This document shows, one piece after another, positions 27,465 to 37,062 of a DNA stretch of 38,958 nt. Each line of letters starts with the position of its first letter. Position 1 is the stretch's first letter. Origin of the DNA: a bacterium (GTDB lineage Bacteria > Eisenbacteria > RBG-16-71-46). A program made the translations under genes and the position numbers. The stretch is taken from assembly GCA_043779265.1 (NCBI GenBank), contig JAYWEM010000096.1, forward strand, positions 1-38,958, written 5' to 3'. Under the pieces are notes generated by a model. It searched no databases and was not told where the DNA came from. It worked only from the letters and a program-made list of their open reading frames with translations.

Positions 27465-28364
27465 TCAATCGATGGCGTATCTAGCGAGGATCACGGTCAC
27501 GTTGTCCTTGCCGCCCAACTCGAGTGCCCTGGCGACCAGTGCACTGCACTGCGTCTCGCAGGAGGCGCGGCTCGAGAGCAACGCCACGATCTCGCTCTCC
27601 TCGAGCATTCGAGTGAGTCCACCGGAACAGAGAAGCAGACTGTCGCCATCCTCGATGTCGATGTGGCTCATCTCGCTCTCGGGCAACTTCTCATCGGTGC
27701 CGATCGCGCGCGTCAGAACATGGCCCAGCCAGTGCGACTCGACTTCCGTCTGGGGGATCAACCCCTGGTCAGCATACGACTGCGCCAGCGTATGGTCGCG
27801 TGTGAGCCGGTGCAGCCGCCCGTCGCGTAGCAGATAGGCGCGCGAGTCGCCGACATGGATCACGAACAGGTCATTGCCCACGGAGTAGGCCCCGACCAGC
27901 GTCGTGCCCATGCCGTGAAGGCCCTCGCCTGCCCCAGCGCGCTTTCGGACCGCTTCGTGAACACCAGCCAGGTACTGCAGCGCCCGCGCGCGCATGCTGG
28001 CGATCTCGGCCTGGCGCGTCTCGGGGTCATCCAGCTTCAGTGCCCAGCGAGGCGAGCGCAGGATCATCTGCAGCGCGGCGATCAGCGTCGTGCGGCTGGC
28101 GATGTCGCCGGCCGCGTGCCCACCGAGTCCATCGGCCACCATCAGCAGATGACCCGACTCCTCAGTGCGACTCGACAGCTCGCTCTCGGGCACGTTGCTC
28201 GAGACGCGTTCGATGAAGCGCCCCATGCGGAAAACCGCGAAGGAGTCCTCATTCGTGTCGCGCACGTGGCCGATGTGGCTCAGAGCCGCGATCTCGGCGG
28301 TCACCCGGCTCGAGGGGAGCACCTGCTCCTCGGATGCGTGCTGCTGTCGGGGGCGATCGCTCAT
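27465..28364 (-). CDS. PP2C/PPM-family Ser/Thr phosphatase; one metal-ligand Asp replaced by Gly
   Basis: Likely ATG 28364 (SD GGGAGG). RDTNEDS, VADGLGGH, HVGDSRAY, TRDHT and GGKDNVTV are present; LLCSGGL stands in place of LLCSDGL. Confidence 0.9.
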   Translation of the reverse strand: MSDRPRQQHASEEQVLPSSRVTAEIAALSHIGHVRDTNEDSFAVFRMGRFIERVSSNVPESELSSRTEESGHLLMVADGLGGHAAGDIASRTTLIAALQMILRSPRWALKLDDPETRQAEIASMRARALQYLAGVHEAVRKRAGAGEGLHGMGTTLVGAYSVGNDLFVIHVGDSRAYLLRDGRLHRLTRDHTLAQSYADQGLIPQTEVESHWLGHVLTRAIGTDEKLPESEMSHIDIEDGDSLLLCSGGLTRMLEESEIVALLSSRASCETQCSALVARALELGGKDNVTVILARYAID

Positions 28365-28510
28365 CGGTCCTCCCATTCGGAGTCGTGCCGATGAAGCCGC
28401 GCTGCGACGCACGGATCTCGGCTGACGGTCTGCCGGTGGCTCGCCCCCGCCCCTACGCCTGTTCGGCCCGGGATACACGCAGGGACTCGTCTTCGCTTAG
28501 GCTGCAGGTG

Positions 28511-29741
28511 ATGAGCGCCCCTTCGACCGACGCTCCAAGCCCTCGCGAACGCCCCGCGTTCCGGGACCTCCTCGGGCTGCTCTCGGGGACGGTCCTCCTC
28601 GGTCTTGGTGAGCGGCTCGCCGAACGATTCATCCCACTGGCGCTCGCGCGACTCGGCGGCGGCGCGCTCGCCATCGGGCTCTACCAGTCCGCGACCAATC
28701 TGGTCGGCGCAGCCGCCTCGCTTCCGGGCGGGATGATCACCGATCGGCTGGGCTCCAAGCGGGCGCTGCAGTGGTTCGCACTCGTCTCGATCTCGGGCTT
28801 CGCCGTGCTCGCCTTCGCGACCCACTGGACCATCGCGGTGGCGGGCTCCCTGCTCGCGTTGTCGTGGAGCGCGATCACACTCCCGGCGATGCTCACCAGT
28901 TTCACCCGGGCACTGCCGGGGCGGAACACCGCATGGGGCGTCACGGCGCACTCGCTCATCCGCCGCCTGCCGATGGCGATCGGCCCGCTGGTCGCCGGAG
29001 CGATGATGGTGCGCTGGGGTGAGGGCCCGGGCCTGCGCGCTGCGTTCCTGCTCGCCATGGCGCTCGGGATCGCCACCCTGATCGCGCAACAGCTCCTGCT
29101 GTCGCGCGCGCGCGAGCACCGTGAACGGTGGCGGCGGGGCAGCGCCCGCCTTCTCGCCGATGCGCGCGCTGCGCTCGATGAGCCCGCCGCTGCGGCAACT
29201 GTTCCTGGCCGACACGCTCATCCGATTCTGCGAGCAGATCCCCTATGCGTTCGTGGTGATCTGGTGCCTGCGCGTGATCCCCGACCCCATCACACCACTG
29301 CAGTTCGGACAGTTGACCGCGATCGAGATGGCCGCGGCCATGCTCGTCTACATCCCCGGCGCGTGGCTGTCGACCCGGATCGGCAAGCCGGTCTCCGTGG
29401 CGATCACGTTCGTCTTCTTCCTCGCATTCCCGCTCGTGCTGCTGGTCGGGACCACGTTCCCCATGCTGGTGCTGGCCTTCGTGCTGCGGGGCGTGAAGGA
29501 ACTCGGGGAGCCGACGCGCAAGAGCCTCATCCTCGACCTCTGCCCACCCGAATCGAGGGCGACGTACTTCGGCTGGTACTACTGCGTGCGGGACTCGCTC
29601 GCCGCGATCGCCGCCGCGGGCGGGGCGCTGCTGTGGGCCTCCTCGCCGCAGGCGACGCTGCTCGTCTCGGCGGCCTTCGGGCTCGCCGGCACGATCTGGT
29701 ACGCGAGCGTCGCGTTGCGCCGCGCCCCCGACCACGCCTGA
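28511..29741 (+). pseudogene. MFS transporter, frameshifted between its two six-helix halves
   Basis: The N-half (GGMITDRLGSKR, MFS motif A) is in the frame of ORF 28334..30514 from ATG 28511. The C-half (GAWLSTRIGK) is ORF 29121..29741. The switch falls near a (CG)6 tract at 29103-29114. Confidence 0.82.
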
Positions 29742-29752
29742 ACGCTCGGGCC

Positions 29753-30361
29753 TCAGCAGCGCTCGTACTTCCAGTGGCGCGACTTGCCCTCGGCGAGCCA
29801 CTCGATCGCCGTCGCGATCCGACGCTCGCGCGTCGCCTCGGCCTTCGCCTCCGTGATCCACTCGATGTAGTCGCGCCGCTTGCCGGGCGGGAAGGCCTCG
29901 AAATGCTGCTTCGCCAGCTTGTTCCGGCGCAGGGCCGTGGCCAGCGCTGGAGGGACCGAGAGGGCCGGCTTCTTCGCAACGGGGCGCTTGCGAATCGGGG
30001 CCTCGCGCTTGGCCGCCGCTGCACTCCGGATGAGCGTGACCAGCGTTCGCTTCGCCGGGAGTTCCGAGACGTCGGTCAATCGTCCGAAGTGCCCCATCGC
30101 GGAGCGGCTGCCAAGCCCCGCCTCGGCAAGTGCTGCGGCGACCGGCTGCTGAGCCCAGAAGCCGAACGTCGCGTGCGCCTTGAACGCGGCCATGTTGCAG
30201 AAGATGCCATCGAGCTCGAAGAAGGGCATGCCCCACTTGATGGTCTCGCTCGCATCGGGCGCACCCGCATGAACGGCCTCGCGCAGTCGCTCGAGGATCG
30301 GGCGCGCGAAGGGCGCCGACTTCTTGATGTACGCATCCACTCGCTTGTCGCGTGCGCCCAT
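29753..30361 (-). CDS. YdeI/OmpD-associated family protein (DUF1801 plus OmdA-like domain)
   Basis: VDAYI..FARPILERLR..ETIKWGMP..FKAH..GFW; RRDYIEWITEAK..TRERRI..WLAEGK. Confidence 0.92.
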   Translation of the reverse strand: MGARDKRVDAYIKKSAPFARPILERLREAVHAGAPDASETIKWGMPFFELDGIFCNMAAFKAHATFGFWAQQPVAAALAEAGLGSRSAMGHFGRLTDVSELPAKRTLVTLIRSAAAAKREAPIRKRPVAKKPALSVPPALATALRRNKLAKQHFEAFPPGKRRDYIEWITEAKAEATRERRIATAIEWLAEGKSRHWKYERC

Positions 30362-30394
30362 GGAGGGTCTCCTCGTGTCGGGATCGTCGGCCGC

Positions 30395-31609
30395 TCAGCC
30401 TCGGACGATGAGTCGCTCGAGCCCTCGGAAGTGATAGGTATCACGGAACAACGCCTCCCCGACCAGGTGGAGCTGCGGCATCCGTCGGAACAGGACGCGG
30501 AACGCCGCCTGTAGTTCGAGCCTCGCGAGCGGGGCTCCGAGGCAGAAGTGCAGCCCTCCCCCGAAGCTCACGTGAGGATTGGGAGAGCGCGCGGGATCGA
30601 GGCGCTCGGGCTCCTCGAAACGTGCGGCATCGCGATTGGCGGACCCCAGCAGCAGGCCGATGGTCTCGCATCGGCGCAGCGTCACGCCAGCGACTTCGCA
30701 ATCCTCGAGCGCGAATCGAGTGAACAGATGCAGCGGCGCATCGAACCGCAACAGTTCCTCGATCGCGCTGGCGCAGTCGGCGGGCTCGGCGAAGGCCGCT
30801 CGGGAATCGAGTCCCGACTCGAGCACCGCGCGCACGCCGTTGCCGATGGCGTGCACCGTCGCCTCGTGACCTGCGATCAGGAACAGCATTGCGGTGGTGA
30901 CGAGTTCGTCATCGCTCAACCGTTCGCCACCGACTTCGGAGCGCAACAGTTCGCTCACCAGATCCTGGCCGGCCGAGCCCCGACGCTGGTCGAGGAGGTC
31001 CCGGATGCAGGAGGAGAACTCCTCGGTGGCGCGAACCGCGGCGCGCTCGATGCCGGCGTCACGCCTCGCCTGGTACATCGCGATCATGTCGTGCGACCAC
31101 GCCAGCATCCGCGGACCGATCTCGTCCGGCACACCCAGCACGTGCGTGATGGCGCGGACCGGGATCGGCGTGGCGTAGCGCTCGATCAGGTCCCACTCGC
31201 CCTCCTTGGGAAGCGAGTCGAGACACTCCTCGGCGATCCGCGCGAGCGAGGGTCGCAATCCCTCTCCGATCCGGTTGAGGAACGGTCGATTGACGAGGGC
31301 CCTCAGCCGCGTGTGCGAAGGGGGCTCGAGCTCAAGAAGGGAGTGGCGCTCGAAGGCGAGGAACGGCGCCAGGTGCGCTGCGGGCTCGGGCCATCCTAGT
31401 TCCTCGCGGCTTGCGAGATGCAGGATCTGCCGCCCGAATCGACGGTCGCGCAGGAGCGCGGCGACATCATCGTGCTTCGCGAAGCACCAGTGCCCCATCT
31501 CGTGCCAGTGGAAGACGGGCAAGCGCTGCCGCAACTCCTGATACGCCGGATAGGGATCCTGCACGAAGCGCGGATCTCGCGGGTCGAGCGAGACCGCGCG
31601 TGCCGACAT
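30395..31609 (-). CDS. Cytochrome P450
   Basis: EPPSHTRLR, I-helix AGHEAT, EELLR (ExxR), SANRD and heme motif FGGGLHFCLG. Confidence 0.96.
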   Translation of the reverse strand: MSARAVSLDPRDPRFVQDPYPAYQELRQRLPVFHWHEMGHWCFAKHDDVAALLRDRRFGRQILHLASREELGWPEPAAHLAPFLAFERHSLLELEPPSHTRLRALVNRPFLNRIGEGLRPSLARIAEECLDSLPKEGEWDLIERYATPIPVRAITHVLGVPDEIGPRMLAWSHDMIAMYQARRDAGIERAAVRATEEFSSCIRDLLDQRRGSAGQDLVSELLRSEVGGERLSDDELVTTAMLFLIAGHEATVHAIGNGVRAVLESGLDSRAAFAEPADCASAIEELLRFDAPLHLFTRFALEDCEVAGVTLRRCETIGLLLGSANRDAARFEEPERLDPARSPNPHVSFGGGLHFCLGAPLARLELQAAFRVLFRRMPQLHLVGEALFRDTYHFRGLERLIVRG

Positions 31610-31696
31610 CGATGGACAGACTCTCGGGCAGCGGTGCGGAGGTCCGGCGCATGGAAGATCGATGATGCCGGTCCGATCGGCTCGGCGCCAGAGTCC

Positions 31697-32386
31697 CTAG
31701 CGCACGACGGCGATCCGCTGACGGCCCTCCCAGCCGCCGACCTGTGCCCGCACGAGATACACACCGGCCGGCACAGCCCCTCGCTGTTCGTCCCGCAGGT
31801 CCCAGCGCAGGCTGTGGCGGCCCCGTAGGAGGCGACCATCGACCAGCACGCGCACGCGGCGGCCAGTCGTGTCGTAGACCTCGATGCGAGCATCCGCATC
31901 GCGGGGGGAGGTGAACGAGATCGTCGTCGCCTGCCTCGCCGGATTCGGCACCGGGCGAGCGAGGGCGATCCGGCCGAGCGAGTCGGGCATCTCGGCGGTG
32001 GTTCCGGGAAGCGTCGCGTTGTTGGAGACCAGGGACCAGTTGCCCGTCGCGTCGGCCGTCCTCAGCGCGAAGTAGAGCGGTGCTCCGGTGACCGGGACGG
32101 TGACGCTCATGCTGTCGCGTTGTCCGGCGGGCGATGGCGGCCGCAGGCCGAGAATGCGAGCCGATTGCAACACGTTGACGTTGTTGATGGGCGTGGGCGA
32201 CCAGCGGAGTTCGTAGCTGGCGGCCTGTCCGACGTTTCCGTTGTCTCCCGGCGCGGTCCACCGGAGCGTGATCGAGACGGTGGCCGCTCGGGCGGCCGGG
32301 ATCAGAGGAAGCGTGAGGGCGAGCGAAGTGCCGATGATGGCTCGGATGATGCGTACGCGAGCAGCGCCGGATGGCGTTGCGGGCAT
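31697..32386 (-). CDS. Secreted FN3-like protein with FlgD-Ig-like C-terminal domain
   Basis: SD GGGAGG; signal ending ARA-A; LRWTAPGDNG..YELRWS..YFALRTAD..GNWS..SN; C-terminal PNP..VYDTTGR..WD..GVY. Confidence 0.85.
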   Translation of the reverse strand: MPATPSGAARVRIIRAIIGTSLALTLPLIPAARAATVSITLRWTAPGDNGNVGQAASYELRWSPTPINNVNVLQSARILGLRPPSPAGQRDSMSVTVPVTGAPLYFALRTADATGNWSLVSNNATLPGTTAEMPDSLGRIALARPVPNPARQATTISFTSPRDADARIEVYDTTGRRVRVLVDGRLLRGRHSLRWDLRDEQRGAVPAGVYLVRAQVGGWEGRQRIAVVR

Positions 32387-32658
32387 GCCGTTCCTCCCAG
32401 TCGGACACGCGCGTGCTCAACACCCGCGCGGGGCCTTCCTTGGTCACACGCCTTGTCTGCTCAGGCAGACGGGCGCCGCCACTGCGATGCTCCGAAGTGG
32501 CCGGATGTCGTGTCGATGATGTGAGGGGAAGGGGGGGGTCCGGTCAGGCGGCAGCACATCTCCGTGGCTGCCATGCACCGGTCGAGCCCTCATACTCCAG
32601 GGCTGCGGCTCTGGTTCCAGAGTTCTGAGGAATCTTCGAGGTGGCCGGAACGCCCGGA

Positions 32659-32976
32659 TCAGCGCGCCAGATCATCGACATCCACGATCCAATGGAGAGA
32701 GCGTTTCGGATCATAGCAGGGGATCTCATGCGCGTCAGCAATGATCTCCTCGTCCATGAACGCGATGACCGTCGCTCCGCTCGGCAGTTTGATCCGGATG
32801 CGATCACCCTGGAACTGGATGCGGCAGTCCACGAACTTGCCATGCGCATGATTGACGATGCTGCCGCTGTACCAGGGCCCGTCGATCACGCGGCCGTTGT
32901 ACATCGCGGAGTCCGCCGAGCGGGGAACGAGCGCGAGCGCGAGGAGGACGAGACCGATGAGCGAACCCTGACGCAT
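32659..32976 (-). CDS. Small secreted hypothetical protein
   Basis: ATG 32976 with SD GAGGAG; signal peptide MRQGSLIGLVLLALALVP; beta-rich mature region; 105 aa. Confidence 0.65.
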   Translation of the reverse strand: MRQGSLIGLVLLALALVPRSADSAMYNGRVIDGPWYSGSIVNHAHGKFVDCRIQFQGDRIRIKLPSGATVIAFMDEEIIADAHEIPCYDPKRSLHWIVDVDDLAR

Positions 32977-33120
32977 GGAGTGGCTCCTCTGACGTGAGGC
33001 CGAATGAGCGCCCGGTCGCGCGAGTCGATGATACCAGCCGGACGTCGGCGTTCCGCGCGAATTCACAGCCGCAGCAGCGCGACGAGACGAACGGGGGCCG
33101 TGCCGCTAGACTGCGCCGCC

Positions 33121-34512
33121 ATGCGCATGATCGGCCGCTTCCGTGCGTCCGGTGCCGGGGTTCCGACACGCTCGCTCGTCGAGATCGTGACGGTCACCAT
33201 CGCCGCCACCGTGTCGCGCGTGCCCCTGCTCGGAACCGGGTGGGGTTCGGATATGGACGCCTGGCGTTACGCGGGCGCGGCGCTGCACATGCACGAGTCC
33301 GGCCGCTACGAGCCCTCGCGCATCCCGGCGTTTCCGGGCTATGAGCTGCTGCTGGCGCTGATCGCCCCGGGCGGCCCGTTGGCAGCCGTGCTCTGGTCAC
33401 TGCTGTGCGCGGTGATCGCCTCGGTGCTCTTCCTCAAGGTGGCCGAGCGACTCCACCTGCCGCATCCCCTGTTGCTCGCGCTCACGCTGGCGCTCACGCC
33501 CGGCGCCGTGGTCACCGCGACGCAGAGCATGGACTACGCGCAGGCCATGGCGCTGCTCATCGCCGCATGGCTGTCGCTGCTGCACGGCCGCGCCTGGCTC
33601 GCAGGCGCGCTGCTGGGTGCGGCCGCCGCCACGAGGCCCACGCTCGCTCTCGTTCTGCCGGCCGCGATCGTGCTGCTGGCGCTCGCCGGTCGCGGTCGGA
33701 AGTCCCTCGTTCGCGTCGTGGCCGGCTTCGGCGCGACGTGGCTGGCACTCCACTTCCCGACGTTCGGCCATCCGGCGCTCGTCGCGGAAGCCAACCCCCT
33801 GGCGTTCCACGTGGCCCGCCACCACGTCGATGCCGCCACGTTCCTGCCGGTGACGCGAGGAGCGCTGGTCGCCGTGCTCGGGCGACTTCCACTCCTCGTT
33901 CTGGTCTTCGCGCTGGCCTCCCGCCTGCTGCCGAAGCGGCGTGTGCCGCTGTCCTTCGAGCCACGCGGCGCGCACTGGAGCCCGAGCCTCGAGGGTCCGG
34001 TGTTCGAGCTGCTCGCGCTGCTGCCGCTGTTGGCGATCTACCTGCTCGTGCCGCTCGACCCCGGCTACCTCGTGGTGGCGGTGCCGCTGGCACTCGCGAT
34101 CGTGGCGCGCGTGATCCGGCCGAGTGCGATCGGGTGGGTGACGCTGGCCTGCGTCGCCGAACTCCTCGTCCAACCCCTGCCGAGCGAGCGTCGTCTCGCT
34201 CCCGGTCGCATCGCGAGCGAGCGTGCCGACCGCGTGAGACTGATGCATGAAGCGGAACAAGCGCGGGCCGACCTGCCGGAGTCGACGATCGTGCTGGCGG
34301 ATCGCTCGCTGCTCCTTCGCTTGCTCGTGCACGAGCGCGGCCTCGAGCGCACCGAACTCGCCTACGCTCCGTTCCATGCCGCGGGAGTGGCGCTGTGGGC
34401 TCCCGAGCGGCGAGGCGGATGGGCCAATGACCTCACCGCTGCCCAGCGCGACTCGCTCTCAGCGCAGGGCTATCGGATCCTCGAACAACGGACCGTGAAA
34501 GCCGGGCACTGA
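33121..34512 (+). CDS. Polytopic membrane protein, GT-C (ArnT/PMT-like) glycosyltransferase-like
   Basis: Many TM helices; Asp after TM1 (SDMDAWRY), P..PGY, SMDY and AAATRP as in GT-C proteins. Start placed at ATG 33121, 8 nt after TAGACT. Confidence 0.65.
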   Translation: MRMIGRFRASGAGVPTRSLVEIVTVTIAATVSRVPLLGTGWGSDMDAWRYAGAALHMHESGRYEPSRIPAFPGYELLLALIAPGGPLAAVLWSLLCAVIASVLFLKVAERLHLPHPLLLALTLALTPGAVVTATQSMDYAQAMALLIAAWLSLLHGRAWLAGALLGAAAATRPTLALVLPAAIVLLALAGRGRKSLVRVVAGFGATWLALHFPTFGHPALVAEANPLAFHVARHHVDAATFLPVTRGALVAVLGRLPLLVLVFALASRLLPKRRVPLSFEPRGAHWSPSLEGPVFELLALLPLLAIYLLVPLDPGYLVVAVPLALAIVARVIRPSAIGWVTLACVAELLVQPLPSERRLAPGRIASERADRVRLMHEAEQARADLPESTIVLADRSLLLRLLVHERGLERTELAYAPFHAAGVALWAPERRGGWANDLTAAQRDSLSAQGYRILEQRTVKAGH

Positions 34513-34578
34513 TCCAGCCGGAGGGTCCGCCGGCGGCGCGCGGCGCGATGACGGGTACCGTGGGGGCCCCCGCTCGCG

Positions 34579-36387
34579 TCAACGCGACACCGCCAGCTTC
34601 ACCATCCGCGTCTCGCCGCCCTGCTGCAGGCGGGCGAGGTACAACCCCGGCGCTGCGGGCGCCGGGAGGCTCCAGTCGGTCCGCGAGGACTCGACCCTCG
34701 TATGGTTGATGCGTCGGCCCGTCGCGTCGAAGAGTTCGAGCGTCGCAGGGCCATCTCCGGCCAGTGCGATCCGAAGTCGCACCGGGCCGCGCACGGGATT
34801 CTCGGCGATCGAGAGCTCGAGCGCCGTCGACAAGGCAGCGCGCTCCACCCACGCGGCTGATGTCATGCTCGACTCTCCGCCCGAGGTCATGCGCAGTCGA
34901 TAGGCCGCGCGCGAACCCGGGCGCAGAGGCGAGTCCTCGAAGACGAGCAGATCAGCGGACTCGAAGCGGGCCTCGCCGCGCTCGCTCCAGGCGACGCCAT
35001 CGTCGGAGCGCTCGACGACTCCACGAACACCCGCGGCCCCGCTGACCAGCCACTCGATTCGTGTGCGCAGGCCGTTCGCCTCGCCACGAACCAACGACGC
35101 TGCGACCGGAACCGGCACCTGCCATTGCAACTGCCACGTGTCGGCGAAGTAACGGTCCCCGTCATCGTACCCGCCGACCATGAGCAAGCGGTCGGCGGCT
35201 GGGTCACGAGCGTATTCGGACAGAAGACGAGCCCCGGGAGCAATCGTCGCGATGCCCGCGGCGATCCATCTCGAGCCCGCGCCGAGTGCGAGTGAGCGCG
35301 GCTCGGCGAACCGATGCCGCATCGATCCGTCGGCTGGGAAGCCGAGCAGCTCTTGGCGCTGGGCATCGAAGACGACGGGTGCGACGGGCTCGAATCCGAT
35401 CGGGTCCAGTTCCACGCGCTCTCCGATCACCGAGTCAGTAGAGAACGTGAGGTGATGGATCAACGGCCCGCTGCCCAGCACCCAGCCGTCGCCGCGGATC
35501 GGGTCGCTCCAGAACTCCCCGTAGGGAAGCCCGAGATCGCCTCGCGTGCCGAGTTCACGCCACGAGGGCGTGGCTCCGAGCTTGAGTTCCCAGACATCCG
35601 TGTGCGTGCTCGTCAGATCGTCTCCGCCCGCGACGAGGAACCGATCACGAGCGGCATCGAAACAGAAGGACATCAATCGCCTTGGACCGGGGCCCCCGGG
35701 CACCACCAGCCGCTCCCACACGCCACCAGCCGACAAGGGCAGGCGCCAGAGATCCCCCAACAAGCTGCCGGTGCCATCCACGGCCTGTCCGCCGAAGAGG
35801 ACCAACTGATCCCGGACGGGATCATGGGCGAGTCCGTGCAGGAATCGCTGGCTCGGCGCCTCGGGTGAGGCGGCCGCGAGAGCCGCCCAGTCGGCACTGC
35901 CGTCGAGTGGGCGCACCATCACCAGGGTCGGAGCCGGGCCGGGAACCCAGCCACCGAACACGATCAGACGACGCGAGGCCGGCTCGACGACGAGCGAGTG
36001 CCAGATCCGGATCCCGAGGCTGCCCGGGTGCGAGTTCGAGGCATCGCCGACCGTAGATGCGCCTGGCGTCACCCACTCCGACCACTCGCCGAGCCTCGAG
36101 GCCGCTGAGGCCGAGGTCACGAACGCCTGGTCGACGTTCAAGCCCGAACGGTGCCTCGCGGCGCGTGCGGCCAGCATCTGGGTCGCCTCCTCGAAGGTGC
36201 GAGGCTGGAAGCGAAGCACTTCCTCCCGGGGGAGGATGCGGAGGAATCCCGAGGAGGCGACCGCGATGCCGGACGCGAACAGGTTCGAGCACAACAACAA
36301 CAAAGCGAGTGCCCACATGGGAACTCGCCTGGATTGCGGGGGTGTGGCCTTCCATGGGCGCATGCCGTCTGACAGAGCAAGCGCCAT
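34579..36387 (-). CDS. Secreted Kelch-repeat protein with C-terminal sorting-like domain
   Basis: Repeats of R..H...DP..RL.VFGG..D.W.L; C-terminal ENP..LFDATGRR..PGLYLARL. Start uncertain (36387, 36363 or 36318). Confidence 0.85.
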   Translation of the reverse strand: MALALSDGMRPWKATPPQSRRVPMWALALLLLCSNLFASGIAVASSGFLRILPREEVLRFQPRTFEEATQMLAARAARHRSGLNVDQAFVTSASAASRLGEWSEWVTPGASTVGDASNSHPGSLGIRIWHSLVVEPASRRLIVFGGWVPGPAPTLVMVRPLDGSADWAALAAASPEAPSQRFLHGLAHDPVRDQLVLFGGQAVDGTGSLLGDLWRLPLSAGGVWERLVVPGGPGPRRLMSFCFDAARDRFLVAGGDDLTSTHTDVWELKLGATPSWRELGTRGDLGLPYGEFWSDPIRGDGWVLGSGPLIHHLTFSTDSVIGERVELDPIGFEPVAPVVFDAQRQELLGFPADGSMRHRFAEPRSLALGAGSRWIAAGIATIAPGARLLSEYARDPAADRLLMVGGYDDGDRYFADTWQLQWQVPVPVAASLVRGEANGLRTRIEWLVSGAAGVRGVVERSDDGVAWSERGEARFESADLLVFEDSPLRPGSRAAYRLRMTSGGESSMTSAAWVERAALSTALELSIAENPVRGPVRLRIALAGDGPATLELFDATGRRINHTRVESSRTDWSLPAPAAPGLYLARLQQGGETRMVKLAVSR

Positions 36388-36542
36388 GCCCGTCAGCCTC
36401 GTTTAACGATAACCCTTGATGGGAGCGGTGTTCTGCCGCGCCGGGCTCTCAGCGTGCGTGGAGAGATGCGCTGCAGTCTGTAGAACTGTCGTCTCCACCG
36501 ACATCCCGGGCCGGTTCGGCGGCCGCTCGCGGCTTCGAGGCG

Positions 36543-37058
36543 CTAGTGCTCGTCCTCGGCTGGGCCGACGTCCTCGAGTTGCTCCACGAGCCGCAGGGCC
36601 TGTTTGCGCTTCGCCCGGAAGAACTCGCGGAGCAGGTCGCCGCACTCCTCGCCGAGCACGTCCGCCGTCACGCTCACGCGGTGATTGAGTCGCCGCTCCC
36701 CGATCACATCGAGCACCGAGCCGCAGGCGCCCGCCTTGGGGTCGGGGGCGCCGTACACGAGACGGCCGAGTCGGGCGAGCACGATCGCCCCGGCGCACAT
36801 CGCGCAGGGCTCGAGTGTCACGTAGAGCGTGCAGTCGGTGAGGCGCCACGATCCCACCGAATTGGACGCGGCGCCGATCGCGAGCACCTCGGCATGCGCG
36901 GTCGCGTCCTGCAGCGCCTCGACCTGATTGTGACCGCGGCCGATGACGACCCCGTCCTGCACGACGACGCAGCCGACCGGCACCTCATCACGCTCGAAGG
37001 AGGCGCGCGCCTCGCGGAGCGCTGCGCGCATCCCCGCCTCATCGTCGATCACGAGCAC
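36543..37058 (-). CDS. tadA: tRNA adenosine(34) deaminase
   Basis: EVPVG, DATAHAE, WRL..CTLYVTLEPCAMCAGA, DPKAGACGS, LNH and FFR. Confidence 0.95.
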   Translation of the reverse strand: MLVIDDEAGMRAALREARASFERDEVPVGCVVVQDGVVIGRGHNQVEALQDATAHAEVLAIGAASNSVGSWRLTDCTLYVTLEPCAMCAGAIVLARLGRLVYGAPDPKAGACGSVLDVIGERRLNHRVSVTADVLGEECGDLLREFFRAKRKQALRLVEQLEDVGPAEDEH

Positions 37059-37062
37059 GGCG

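Noticed and set aside
29742..30514. A 726-aa MFS fusion protein (ORF 28334..30514)
   Set aside because: The tail is run-on after the frameshift and overlaps the YdeI and P450 genes on the opposite strand.
32524..32538. G-rich tract as a phase-variable promoter element
   Set aside because: It could not be placed within a recognisable promoter, and G runs are unremarkable at this GC content.
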